A stretch of 64,000 nt of DNA from NCBI GenBank assembly GCA_963668695.2, contig CAXXLQ010000004.1, positions 192,001-256,000 of the forward strand, read 5' to 3'. Source of the stretch: Vicinamibacteria bacterium. GTDB taxonomy: Bacteria > Acidobacteriota > Vicinamibacteria > Marinacidobacterales > Marinacidobacteraceae. Positions 1-8,838 of the stretch are shown piece after piece; the stretch's first letter is position 1, and each line of letters starts with the position of its first letter. The position numbers were made by a program, and so were the translations under genes. The notes under the pieces are model-generated. The model was not told the DNA's origin, did no database searches, and saw only the letters and a program-made list of their open reading frames with translations.

Positions 1-651
1 CCCGGCGTCTTCCCGATCGGCGGCCCGCCAGAGTTCCTCCCAGATAGCGTGGGCCTCCCACCAGTACCCGGCGCGAAACAACTGCTCCCCATACCGGAAG
101 AGCGGGGCCTCCGGCAGCGCGGACAGTGGGACCGGTGGGGCCGGAAGGAGACCTCTCGGAAGATGCTCGAGGAAGCGGTGACCGCCCGGGTCCCGTTCGG
201 GATGGGGAGTGCGGCCGGGCCGGTGCCGATAGGGAGGAACTGGAAGACCCGGTAGGCCAGCAGCCGGTGATGGAACCCCCGTGGCGTTCGGCCGGCGATC
301 CATCCCGGCCAAACAGCCGGTAGTGGAACCCACGGGGCGTTCGGCCGGCGATCCATCCCGGCTGAACCGCGTCGCTTCGCGCCGCTCATCGTTGCCTTTC
401 GGTCGAAATACACTCGGTATTCCTCCCTCACGCGCCTTGTCAGCCGGACCCCCACCGGGAGAACTGGGCCTCGCCGACCTCGGCGCTCCCGCGGGTTCCA
501 CCACCGGCTGTTCACCGCGTCGCTTCGCGTCGCTCATCGTTGCGTTTCGGTCGAAATAAACACGGTATTCCTCCCTCACGCGCCTTGTCAGCCGGGCGCC
601 TCACCGACCTCGGCGCTCACGCGGGTTCCACCACCGGCCGCTACCGCTCAC
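1..651 (-). CDS. DUF309-family protein (3' end beyond window start), interrupted near its start by an in-frame 384-bp repeat that contains one TGA
   Basis: Not in the ORF track. Manual minus-strand translation gives PPYRHRPGRTPHPERDPGGH...LFRYGEQLFRAGYWWEAHAIWEELW (DUF309-type motif). GTG at 651 overlaps the upstream gene's TGA; in-frame TGA at 603-601; in-frame ATGs at 537 and 303. Confidence 0.7.
261..640. mobile_element. Composite palindromic MITE/RPE-like repeat, family A
   Basis: Ends CAGCCGGTGATGGAACC...GGTTCCACCACCGGCCG; internal modules shared with copies at 4617, 24540, 38098, 48412 and 50504. Confidence 0.85.
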
Positions 652-1658
652 CGCTCGCGCCAGATCACGAATTCGGCAAGCGCTTCCAGACCGTCCCGGT
701 AGGACGAAGGCGGGACCGGGGCGAGGGCCTCCCGAGCGGAAGTTGCGAAACCTTCCGCAACCCGCCGCGCCTCGTCGAGCCCGCCCTGACGCTCGACCAG
801 CGTGAGGATTTCCTTCTGCTGATCGGGAGTCAGGTCGCCACTGTCGAGCACTTCCTCAACGAGGGACGCCGCCGCCGGTTCCCGCTCGAGGGCGTGGAGG
901 ATCGGCAGGGTCAGGTGCCCTTCTTTCAGGTCGCTGAGCACAGGTTTGCCCACCATGGCAGCGCTGGCCGTGAAGTCGAAGAGGTCGTCAGCTACCTGGA
1001 ACGCCATCCCAAGATTCATGCAGTAGTCGCCGAGGGCCCCTTCCACCTCGGGCGGCGCTCCGACCATCATCGCCCCCATCTTGCCGCAGCCATGGAAGAG
1101 GTAGGCCGTCTTGAGCCGCAGGATCCGCAGGTGCTCCTCGCGGGTCAGGCCCAGGATCCCACCTCGCGCCTTCTCGAGCAGCATCCCTTCGATCATGCGC
1201 ATCGTGAGGTCGCACATCGTCGCGACGATCCGCGGATTCCCCTGCTCCACGGCCAGCGCCATGGACTGGATGTAGAGGAAATCACCGATCAGGACCGTGA
1301 GGTCGTTGCCAAGCAGGCTGTTCAGCGAGTCCTGCCCCCGGCGGGTATCCGCCTCGTCGACGATGTCGTCGTGGACGAGCGTCGCGGTGTGCATGATCTC
1401 GACCATCGCCCCGTAGTAGGGGGCTCTGGTGGCCGGCTGCCGGCTCTCGGGGCTGCCCGCGGCGCGCGCCGCGATCAGCAGCAGCATGGGGCGGAGGCGT
1501 TTGCCCCCGCTCCGGTAGAGGTACTGACTGGTCAGCTTCACGAGCTCCAGGTCGCTTTCCACCCGGGCGGCCAGGATGCGCTCGACTGCGGCCAGATCCG
1601 GAGCCAGTTCGGCCTCCAACTCGGAGAGCAGGCTCCCGGGGCTCGAAACGGACAGCAT
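648..1658 (-). CDS. ispB: Polyprenyl diphosphate synthase (IspB-like)
   Basis: GGKRLRP, HDDIVDEADTRRG (FARM), KTA and FQVADDLFD (SARM) motifs. Confidence 0.9.
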   Translation of the reverse strand: MLSVSSPGSLLSELEAELAPDLAAVERILAARVESDLELVKLTSQYLYRSGGKRLRPMLLLIAARAAGSPESRQPATRAPYYGAMVEIMHTATLVHDDIVDEADTRRGQDSLNSLLGNDLTVLIGDFLYIQSMALAVEQGNPRIVATMCDLTMRMIEGMLLEKARGGILGLTREEHLRILRLKTAYLFHGCGKMGAMMVGAPPEVEGALGDYCMNLGMAFQVADDLFDFTASAAMVGKPVLSDLKEGHLTLPILHALEREPAAASLVEEVLDSGDLTPDQQKEILTLVERQGGLDEARRVAEGFATSAREALAPVPPSSYRDGLEALAEFVIWRER

Positions 1659-1681
1659 TACCGGATTTGCTTGCGATTATC

Positions 1682-2530
1682 TCACGCGGTGCGCTCTGCC
1701 GGGCTCGCGTCCGGTGATCGCCGGCGGCTGAAGAAAAAGCGCCGGAAGTTGGCGTCGGTAGCCGCCTCAATTGCCTCGAGCCCGGCCGAGCGCACCGCAG
1801 CGAGGCACCGGGCGGTCTCCACCACCATGGCGGGTTCCCCGCGCCGCCCGCGGTGCGGCACCGGGGCCAGGTAGGGACAGTCGGTTTCGACAAGGAGATG
1901 CTCCAGTGGCACCAGGGCGGCCGTCCGCCGGAGCTCTTCGGCGTTCTTGAAGGTGAGGATTCCGGAAAAGGAAATCAGGAAACCGCGTTCCCAAGCGGCG
2001 CGGGCAAGCCGTTCGCTCCCCGTGAAGCAATGCAGGATGGCCCCGCATTCCGCGAGTTCTTCCTCGTCGGCGATCTGCAGGAAGTCATCCTCCGCATCGC
2101 GGTGGTGCACCACGACCGGGAGTCCCAGCTCCCGCGCCACCCGGATCTGGCGCCGGAACACATCCTGCTGTTCGGGGCGCGGGCTCAGGTCGTAGTGGTA
2201 GTCGAGCCCCACTTCGCCGATGGCCAGCAGCCGCGGCCGGCGAGCGAGGCCGGCGAGACGCTCCTCCCCGCCAAGCTCGCCGAAAAGCCGGGCATCGTGG
2301 GGATGGCAACCCAGGGTCGTGAAGAGCTGCGGCAGGTCCGCGTCGGCGTGATCTTCCCCGTTCGGGTGGACATCATCCACGAGCGAAAAGGTCTGCTTCC
2401 AGGAGGCCTCCTCATCCAGCATTCCGATGGAGACGATGGTGGAGACGCCCGCCCGCCTGGCCCGCTCCAGCACTGCCCGTCGATCGGGGTTGAAGGCCGG
2501 CTGGTCGAGATGACCGTGGGAGTCGGTCAT
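1682..2530 (-). CDS. tatD: TatD family hydrolase
   Basis: DSHGHLD, GCHPH, IGEVGLDY, HCFTG and ETDCPYLAP motifs. Confidence 0.93.
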   Translation of the reverse strand: MTDSHGHLDQPAFNPDRRAVLERARRAGVSTIVSIGMLDEEASWKQTFSLVDDVHPNGEDHADADLPQLFTTLGCHPHDARLFGELGGEERLAGLARRPRLLAIGEVGLDYHYDLSPRPEQQDVFRRQIRVARELGLPVVVHHRDAEDDFLQIADEEELAECGAILHCFTGSERLARAAWERGFLISFSGILTFKNAEELRRTAALVPLEHLLVETDCPYLAPVPHRGRRGEPAMVVETARCLAAVRSAGLEAIEAATDANFRRFFFSRRRSPDASPAERTA

Positions 2531-3756
2531 CGCGAGCCATCCGGCGCGGCAGACTCAGGCGGGTCCGGCGCGCCTCCTTCGCTGGTCGGATTCCCGAACG
2601 CGGGAAGGGGCGCCCCCAGGGCCTCCCGGTGAATCTCTTTCAGGGGGACCCCGGTGCGCTCGGCCAACCGACGGCAGTCCTCGAATTCCGGAGCGCGGTT
2701 GATCACCCTTCCGTTGCGCAGGCCCACCTTCACACCCACCGGGCCCCACGGAGTCTCCACCCGCAGCGTCCGTCGTTCAAGGGTCTCCCGCTCCGCCTCC
2801 CTGATCCGGACTCCGAGCGTCGTGCTCTCCCGGAACAGCGTGGCTACCACCGCTTCGCGGCGCCCGGGATCGGCGAGCGCGGTAAGGGTCAGGCCCGGGC
2901 GGCCTTTTTTCATCTGCACCGGGGTGAAGAAGGCGTCCCGGGCTCCGGCGGCGAGCAGCCGGTCCAGGAGATGCGGCGCGATTTCGGGCGGCAGATCGTC
3001 GAGGGTCGCTTCCACGACGACCACCGCGTTCCCGGAACCGTCGGGCGCTGACCCGAGGACGGCGCGGAGCGCGTTGGGGCGCCCTTGCTTGGGATCGGCC
3101 GAGCCGAGGCCGTATCCGATCCGTTCCGGGGCAATCGCCGGCCAACCGCCGAAGGAGTCGGCGAGACCGGTCAGTACGGCTCCCGTGGGGGTCGTGCGCT
3201 CAAAGCCGGAACCGTCCGCAAAGGTGGGTATCCCCCGCAGCAACAGGGCCGTCGCCGGGGCCGGAATCTCCAGGGTTCCGTGCTCCGCCTCGACCGAACC
3301 GCTTCCCACATTCACGGGTGAGCCCACCACCGCATCGGGAGCCAGATACGCCACTCCCGCCACCGCTCCCACGATGTCGACCAGAGTGTCGAGAGATCCC
3401 AGTTCGTGCAGGTGCACCGATTCCGCCGACTTGCCGTGGATCTGCCCTTCGGCTTCGAAGATGCGCCGGAGGAGCTCTGCCGCCCGCCTCGAAACCTCGT
3501 CCGGCAGCCCGCTCCGGTCCAGCACGTTCAGGAAGTCCTTGAGATGGCGATGCCCGCGATCGTCGGCGGCCTCAACACGCGCCTTGATCCCGCGAAGTCC
3601 TCCCCGGGAACTCTCATCGAAGGAGACGGAAACCGGGGACCGAAGCGCCGCAACGGTACTGGAGAGCACCTCGCGCGGCACTCCCACATCCACCAGCGCG
3701 CCGAGCAACATGTCCCCCGAAACGCCGGCGGACAGGTCAAGGTAGAGGATGCGCAC
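2527..3756 (-). CDS. larC: Nickel pincer cofactor biosynthesis protein LarC
   Basis: YLDLSAGVSGDMLLGAL, HLHELGSLD, TTPTGA, MKKGRPG, ESTTLGVR, PEFEDC; start placed at GTG 3756 (MRILYLD). Confidence 0.92.
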   Translation of the reverse strand: MRILYLDLSAGVSGDMLLGALVDVGVPREVLSSTVAALRSPVSVSFDESSRGGLRGIKARVEAADDRGHRHLKDFLNVLDRSGLPDEVSRRAAELLRRIFEAEGQIHGKSAESVHLHELGSLDTLVDIVGAVAGVAYLAPDAVVGSPVNVGSGSVEAEHGTLEIPAPATALLLRGIPTFADGSGFERTTPTGAVLTGLADSFGGWPAIAPERIGYGLGSADPKQGRPNALRAVLGSAPDGSGNAVVVVEATLDDLPPEIAPHLLDRLLAAGARDAFFTPVQMKKGRPGLTLTALADPGRREAVVATLFRESTTLGVRIREAERETLERRTLRVETPWGPVGVKVGLRNGRVINRAPEFEDCRRLAERTGVPLKEIHREALGAPLPAFGNPTSEGGAPDPPESAAPDGSR

Positions 3757-3774
3757 GGGAACGGCGGATTTTAG

Positions 3775-3980
3775 GAGCCTGTGGACCAGGTCAGGCGGCC
3801 CAGTTGCTGTGAAAATGCAGTCGCGCCGGGACGCCAACAGCCCGGATGCCGCGACCGCTCACCGCTCCCCCACCCTGAGGCCGCGCCTTTTTCATGACCG
3901 GCGGGGCGTGTGGGCGGACCCGATCATGGGGGTTTCTCCCGCGGGGGCCTCGGCGCCCGCCGCACTTTGTCTACCGGCTC
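3775..3980. mobile_element. MITE-like element with family-A-type ends but a different interior
   Basis: TTAG|GAGCCTGTGGACCA...TTTGTCTACCGGCTC|CTGG; part of the interior recurs at 31464-31523. Confidence 0.6.
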
Positions 3981-4133
3981 CTGGAAGCGGGACGCCGCGC
4001 GGCGTCGTCCGACCGCGCCACGGACCGGCCGGCGAGGCGTCAGCAGGTCCTGAACTCGAAGCAGGTACTCTTGGCAGTGCAGGACGCCCCAAGCCGGATC
4101 GGCGTGACGGCGCGGCAACGACGGATTCCGCTG

Positions 4134-4616
4134 ATGAGTACTTTCGTAACCACGCCAGAGAGCCCGGCTTCGATGCGTGAAGAAGCGTTTCGACGCCTGC
4201 AGGAGTTCACCCGGGAACGCGGTTTGAAGAAATCCCGGCAGCGGGACCTCATTCTGGACCGTTTCCTCGGTCTCGGCGGACATGTCTCCGCCGACGACCT
4301 CCATGGCGACGTGCGGGAGGCGGACGCCTCCATCGGCCGGACAACCGTCTACCGGGCTCTCCGCCTCTTTTGCGAAGCCCGCATCGCGACCTCGATTGAC
4401 CTCAAGGACGGTCTCACCCGGTTCGAGCCGGCGCTTTCGCGGGGACATCACGATCACCTCATCTGTGTCCGTTGCGGCCGGATTGACGAGTTCCTGTCGC
4501 CGGAAGTGGAGCAGCGGCAAGAGGAGATCGCAATCGAACACGGCTACCGGCTCGTCTGGCACCGGCACCAGCTCTACGGGGTCTGCTCGCACTGCCAAGG
4601 AGCCGCCCGAGACTAA
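4134..4616 (+). CDS. fur: Fur family transcriptional repressor
   Basis: SRQRDLIL, HVSADDL, IGRTTVYRAL, HHDHLICVRCG and YGVCSHC motifs. Confidence 0.92.
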   Translation: MSTFVTTPESPASMREEAFRRLQEFTRERGLKKSRQRDLILDRFLGLGGHVSADDLHGDVREADASIGRTTVYRALRLFCEARIATSIDLKDGLTRFEPALSRGHHDHLICVRCGRIDEFLSPEVEQRQEEIAIEHGYRLVWHRHQLYGVCSHCQGAARD

Positions 4617-5229
4617 CAGCCTGTGGCAAAACCCACGCGGCCCAGTTCTCCCGGTGGGGCTCGACGGGCGATCCATCCCGCCCAAACAACCGGTGATGAA
4701 ACCCACGCGGCCCAGTTCTCCCGGTGGGGGCTCGGCCGGCGATCCATCCCGGCTGAACCGCCTGTAGTGAAACCCGCGCGGCCCAGTTCTCCCGGTGGGG
4801 GCTCGGCCGGCGATCCATCCCGGCTGAACAACCGGTGATGAAACCCACGCGGCCCAGTTCTCCCGGTGGGGGCTCGGCCGGCGATCCATCCCGGCTGAAC
4901 CGCGTCGCTTTCGCGCCGCTCATCGTTGCGCTTCGGTCGGAATACACTCGGGCCAGTTCTCCCGGTGGGGGCTCCTCCCTCACGCGCCTTGTCAGCCGGG
5001 CGCCTCGCCCCCACCGGGAGAACTGGCCAGCCTCGGCGCTCACCCGGGTTCCACCACCGGCTGTTCACCGCGTCGCTTCGCGCCGCTCATCGTTGCGTTT
5101 CGGTCGAAATACACCTGGGCCAGTTCTCCCGGTGGGGGCTCCTCCCTCGCGCGCCTTGTCAGCCGGGCCCCCACCCCCACCGGGAGAACTGGCCGGCCTC
5201 GGCGCTCACGTGGGTTTCACCACAAGCTG
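4617..5229. mobile_element. Composite family-A repeat (613 bp, internally amplified modules)
   Basis: CTAA|CAGCCTGTGG...CCACAAGCTG|TTAA; the left flank is the fur stop codon; ~70-bp internal tandem units. Confidence 0.9.
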
Positions 5230-5247
5230 TTAACGGCGCCCGGCGCT

Positions 5248-5928
5248 TCAGAGCGCGCCCGCTTCGCTGAAGCTATGCCATTTCCCGGCGCCGATCACCA
5301 GATGATCGAGTACCGGGATTCCCATGATCGCTCCGGCTTCCTGAAGGCGCCGGGTGAGTTGACGGTCCGCCTCCGAGGGCTCGGGATCTCCCGAGGGGTG
5401 ATTGTGGAACAGGATCACCGATACCGCCTGATAGGCGGCGGCAAGCCGGAATAGATCCCGGGGATGGACCGGGGCTCCGGTAAGCGAGCCTCGCGAGATG
5501 ATTTCGGCCCGGCGCAGACAGCCCCGACTGTCGAGCATCAGGATCCCGAACTCCTCGACTTCGCAGTTCCCGAAGCGGGCGATGAGATAGCGCGCCACCT
5601 CCGCCGGGTTTCGGAAGCACGGCACCTGACCGTCCGCCGGATAGCCCGCCCGGCGCCCTAGCTCGAGGGCGGCGGCCAAGCGGATGAGCCGCGCCCGTGA
5701 AAGCCTCTCAGCCAATTGGCCAAGCGGAGTCTGGCTGAGACGCGCGACACCCCCCACGTCCTCGAGCAGGCCGCGGGCCAGATCGTTTCGACCCGGACCG
5801 AGCACGAGACCGAGCAACTCGGCGCTGGTCAGGGATCGCGCCCCGTTCTCCAGGAGCCGGTCGGCGGGGCCGTCCCCCGGCAGCGCCCGGCGGCGCGCCG
5901 GAACCCGAACGGAGTAACGCGGCCTCAC
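5248..5928 (-). CDS. radC: RadC/JAB-domain protein
   Basis: GARSLTSAELLGLVLG, AALELGRR, VHPRD and HNHPSGDPEPSEAD...LDHLVIG; start approximate (GTG 5928). Confidence 0.9.
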   Translation of the reverse strand: MRPRYSVRVPARRRALPGDGPADRLLENGARSLTSAELLGLVLGPGRNDLARGLLEDVGGVARLSQTPLGQLAERLSRARLIRLAAALELGRRAGYPADGQVPCFRNPAEVARYLIARFGNCEVEEFGILMLDSRGCLRRAEIISRGSLTGAPVHPRDLFRLAAAYQAVSVILFHNHPSGDPEPSEADRQLTRRLQEAGAIMGIPVLDHLVIGAGKWHSFSEAGAL

Positions 5929-5981
5929 CGGCCCTTTGGCGGTGGGCCGGCGAGATCCCGGACGGGGAGAGCGGGGAGGCG

Positions 5982-6635
5982 TCAAGACCGAGGGGACGGG
6001 CGCCGGCGGAAAGCGCGGGCCGTAGCGCAGAGCCCGTTCATCCAGGGTGCGTAGCGGGTGGAGTCTCCCGCCGGTTCGAAGCCGGCCCGGAGTAGCACCC
6101 GCTCGGAAGCAACATTGCCCGGGACCACCAATCCGAACAATTCCGCCCCGTCGAAGCGGGCCACTGCGAAACGGACGGCGCCCTGCACGGCCTCGGTCGC
6201 GTAGCCAAGCCCCCAGACCGGCCTCGCGAAGCAATAGCCGATCTCCACCAGGCCGGGCGCCTTTTCTTCGAGGCTGAGACCGCCGCGTACCCGCACGCTC
6301 TTCCGCTCCACGACGGCCAGGTCGAGGCGCGACCCGTCGGGAGACCGGGTGTGCGCGATGGCTTGTCGCAGGAAACGAAGCGTTTCGGATGCGGGATTCG
6401 GCCCCCAACGAAGGAAACGGGTGACCTCGGGATCGCTCGCGTACTCATGGACGTCCGAAAAGTCCGCCTCGCGAAAGGGCCGAAGGATGAGGCGCTCGCT
6501 ACGGAGCGGGAGCCCCGCCGGGCGAGCCCCTTCCCTATCCACGCTGAATCGTGCTCCGTCGGCTCGTTTCAGCGAGCCCATCTGCTCCTCCGGATCCACG
6601 ACGGATGGAGATTGGGGCCCCTCATCGGCTGACAA
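5982..6635 (-). CDS. GNAT family N-acetyltransferase (RimJ/RimL-like)
   Basis: LRSERLILRPF, EIGYCF..WGLGYATEAV, NVASERVL; start uncertain (TTG 6635 or ATG 6581). Confidence 0.85.
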   Translation of the reverse strand: MSADEGPQSPSVVDPEEQMGSLKRADGARFSVDREGARPAGLPLRSERLILRPFREADFSDVHEYASDPEVTRFLRWGPNPASETLRFLRQAIAHTRSPDGSRLDLAVVERKSVRVRGGLSLEEKAPGLVEIGYCFARPVWGLGYATEAVQGAVRFAVARFDGAELFGLVVPGNVASERVLLRAGFEPAGDSTRYAPWMNGLCATARAFRRRPSPRS

Positions 6636-6745
6636 TCTGTGGATGGAGCGACGTGAGCGCAGCGAGCGGCCAGTCCTCCCGGTGGGGGGCAGTTCAGCAG
6701 GGATGCATCGCCGCTCGGACGCCGCGTGACTTTGTCCACAGGCTG
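6633..6745. mobile_element. Short (113 bp) family-A repeat
   Basis: CTGA|CAATCTGTGGA...TGTCCACAGGCTG|CTAG, containing the 20-bp module. Confidence 0.8.
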
Positions 6746-6789
6746 CTAGGGAGCGAGGTCGCGTCAGGCAGGGAATTCAGGCGGGGGAT

Positions 6790-7239
6790 TCAGGCAGGGG
6801 ATTCAGCCGCCTGTTTCAAATCCTCAAGATCTTGCTCGATCATCTTACGGAGGCTTCGGAGCATGACGGCGCTGAAGAGAGCGAAGAGCCGGGCGAGGAA
6901 GGTCACCGGACGGGCGGCGAAGACCATGGTGACCCGGGTGCCGTTGCTCTCGGGTTCGAAGGTCATTTCGGTGCGGTAGTGCGCGCCGTGCGACTCCGCC
7001 TCCACCACAAACCGCCGGGGCGCCTCGAACGCTGTCACCCACATCTCTTCGGTGGCCGGTCGGCCCATCATGGTCCGGGTTTCCCGCCAGCGGCTGCCTT
7101 CTCCGACCGGCCCTTCGGTCAACACCTCGACGCTATCGATGCCGGACACGGTCGCCGCAAGGTTCTCGAGGTCGGTCGCGATCCGGAATACCCGATCGGG
7201 CGGCGCCGCGATGGTCCTTTGAACTTCTACGCTGGGCAC
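6790..7239 (-). CDS. SRPBCC family protein
   Basis: VQRTIAAPPDRVF...DLE, GPVGEGSRWRETR, IEQDLEDLKQAAE pattern. Confidence 0.85.
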   Translation of the reverse strand: MPSVEVQRTIAAPPDRVFRIATDLENLAATVSGIDSVEVLTEGPVGEGSRWRETRTMMGRPATEEMWVTAFEAPRRFVVEAESHGAHYRTEMTFEPESNGTRVTMVFAARPVTFLARLFALFSAVMLRSLRKMIEQDLEDLKQAAESPA

Positions 7240-7251
7240 GAGGGCGGCAGT

Positions 7252-8685
7252 CTAGCCCCCACCAGACGGTGGCCGGGAAGCGCCAACCCGGGGGTAGCGG
7301 GTGCTCACCCCACCACCGGAAACCGTGAGGGCGGGGGCAGCGCCACCCTCCGGGCCCGGTTCGCAGACCACCCGGGTGAAGGGATCGTCTTCCGGATGGA
7401 ACAGGCCATCGCCGACCGGCACCAGGCGCTCACCGAAACCGAGGAGCGCCCCGTCCTCGAAGCGGATGGTGACCGGCGCGCGGCCGGGATCGTAGGTGCC
7501 GGCGCAGCGCTGGAGTTCGGACTCGGGAAGTTCGACCTCCGCAATCTCGGGCTGCTCCATTCCCAGCACCACGCGGGCGATCCGGTTCTCGAGCAGACCG
7601 GGCCGTCCCGAGCCCGAATTGATGAGGACCGCAATGCCGAGCTCGGCCTCGGGATAGAACGCGAGCTCGGTGCGGAAGCCGTTGATGCCCCCGCCGTGGG
7701 AAATCTGGGCGAGACCGTGTTCCTCCCCCAGGCGGAGCCCGTATCCGTATTGGACCGGATCGCCGTTCACGAGGCTGCCCTGAGCCGTCATCGCCTGGTA
7801 GCTGGCGAGACTCACTACCTGCCCCGACACCAGCGCCCGCTGCCAGGCGAGGAGATCCAGGACGCTCGCCCCCAGGGAGCCGGCCGCGTAGGGCAGTTCC
7901 ATGCTCAGCGGCTCATCGTTCACGAAGCCGTTCCCTTCTCCGACTTCATAGCCTTCGGCGCGGCCGGGGATGAGGGGGCGGTTGCTGAGGTAGTGCGTCC
8001 GCTCCAGACCCAGCGGCTCGAACAGCCGCGCCGCGAGAAACGCGGGGTAGCTCATTCCCGAGAGCTGCTCGATGAGGACTCCGAGCAGGTAATAGCCCGA
8101 GTTGTTGTACTGGTAGCGGTCCCCGGGTTCGAACTCGAAGGGCGGCGCGGAGAACAGTTCCAGCATGGCCTCGTGACCGAGGTCCAGGCGGGACCGCTCC
8201 CAAAACTCGGGCATCTCCGTATAGCCCTTGATCCCCGACGTGTGGTTGAGGAGCCGCTCGACCGACACCTCGAAGCCGTGCGTGTCGTAGTCCGGCAGGT
8301 AATCGCGCAGGTCGGCGGACAAATCCAGTTTGCCCTCCTCGACGAGCAGCATGGCGGCCGCGGCGGTGAACTGCTTGGTAACCGAACCGATGCGATACAC
8401 CGTGTCCGCCGTCGCGGGCACCTCGTTCTCGAGGTCCGCGTAGCCGAATCCTCCGGCGAAAACGATCTCGCCGTCCCGCTGCACGGCCACGGAAATCCCG
8501 GGGGCGGGGTGGTTCCGGAGGGCGTCCTGGACGACGGGGTAAATCCGAGCGGCAAGTTCGCCGTCCGCCGCCATGTCGTAGTGCGCGGGGGAATCCTGGG
8601 GCTCCGGCGTACACGCAAGGAGCTGCACGGCGGCCAACAGAACGGGAATCCGGAGGAAGCGCTTTCCTGTCATGGTCCCGATCAT
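7252..8685 (-). CDS. Serine hydrolase, beta-lactamase class C-like, probable lipoprotein
   Basis: IGSVTKQF (SxxK), LLNHTSG, YQYNNSGY, HGGGINGF; LLAC lipobox. Confidence 0.9.
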   Translation of the reverse strand: MIGTMTGKRFLRIPVLLAAVQLLACTPEPQDSPAHYDMAADGELAARIYPVVQDALRNHPAPGISVAVQRDGEIVFAGGFGYADLENEVPATADTVYRIGSVTKQFTAAAAMLLVEEGKLDLSADLRDYLPDYDTHGFEVSVERLLNHTSGIKGYTEMPEFWERSRLDLGHEAMLELFSAPPFEFEPGDRYQYNNSGYYLLGVLIEQLSGMSYPAFLAARLFEPLGLERTHYLSNRPLIPGRAEGYEVGEGNGFVNDEPLSMELPYAAGSLGASVLDLLAWQRALVSGQVVSLASYQAMTAQGSLVNGDPVQYGYGLRLGEEHGLAQISHGGGINGFRTELAFYPEAELGIAVLINSGSGRPGLLENRIARVVLGMEQPEIAEVELPESELQRCAGTYDPGRAPVTIRFEDGALLGFGERLVPVGDGLFHPEDDPFTRVVCEPGPEGGAAPALTVSGGGVSTRYPRVGASRPPSGGG

Positions 8686-8838
8686 AGGTCACCATCGAGC
8701 GGTCGGCGGAGAGGCTACGGGCGGGGCTCGAGCTCGAGGCCGACCCGCGTGAGTTGATCCTCGATTACCCGCAACGAGCGTCGAGCACGGCAGGGTCCGG
8801 CCACGGCAGGGTCCGGTAAGACCACGCGAGGCGCGAAT

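Noticed and set aside
540-1874. Long antisense or overlapping ORFs (e.g. 540-1874, 6832-8757, 13406-15130, 51560-53329)
   Set aside because: Shadow frames typical of high-GC coding DNA, with no recognisable motifs.
4617-5229. Possible CRISPR array (recurring ~20-bp and ~70-bp units, also at 48412-48951 and 50504-51046)
   Set aside because: The intervening sequences are themselves repeated rather than unique spacers, orientation varies, and there are no cas genes.
5248-5928. RadC/JAB as part of a CBASS or other defence system
   Set aside because: It is a full-length housekeeping-type RadC with no nucleotidyltransferase, E1/E2 or effector neighbours.
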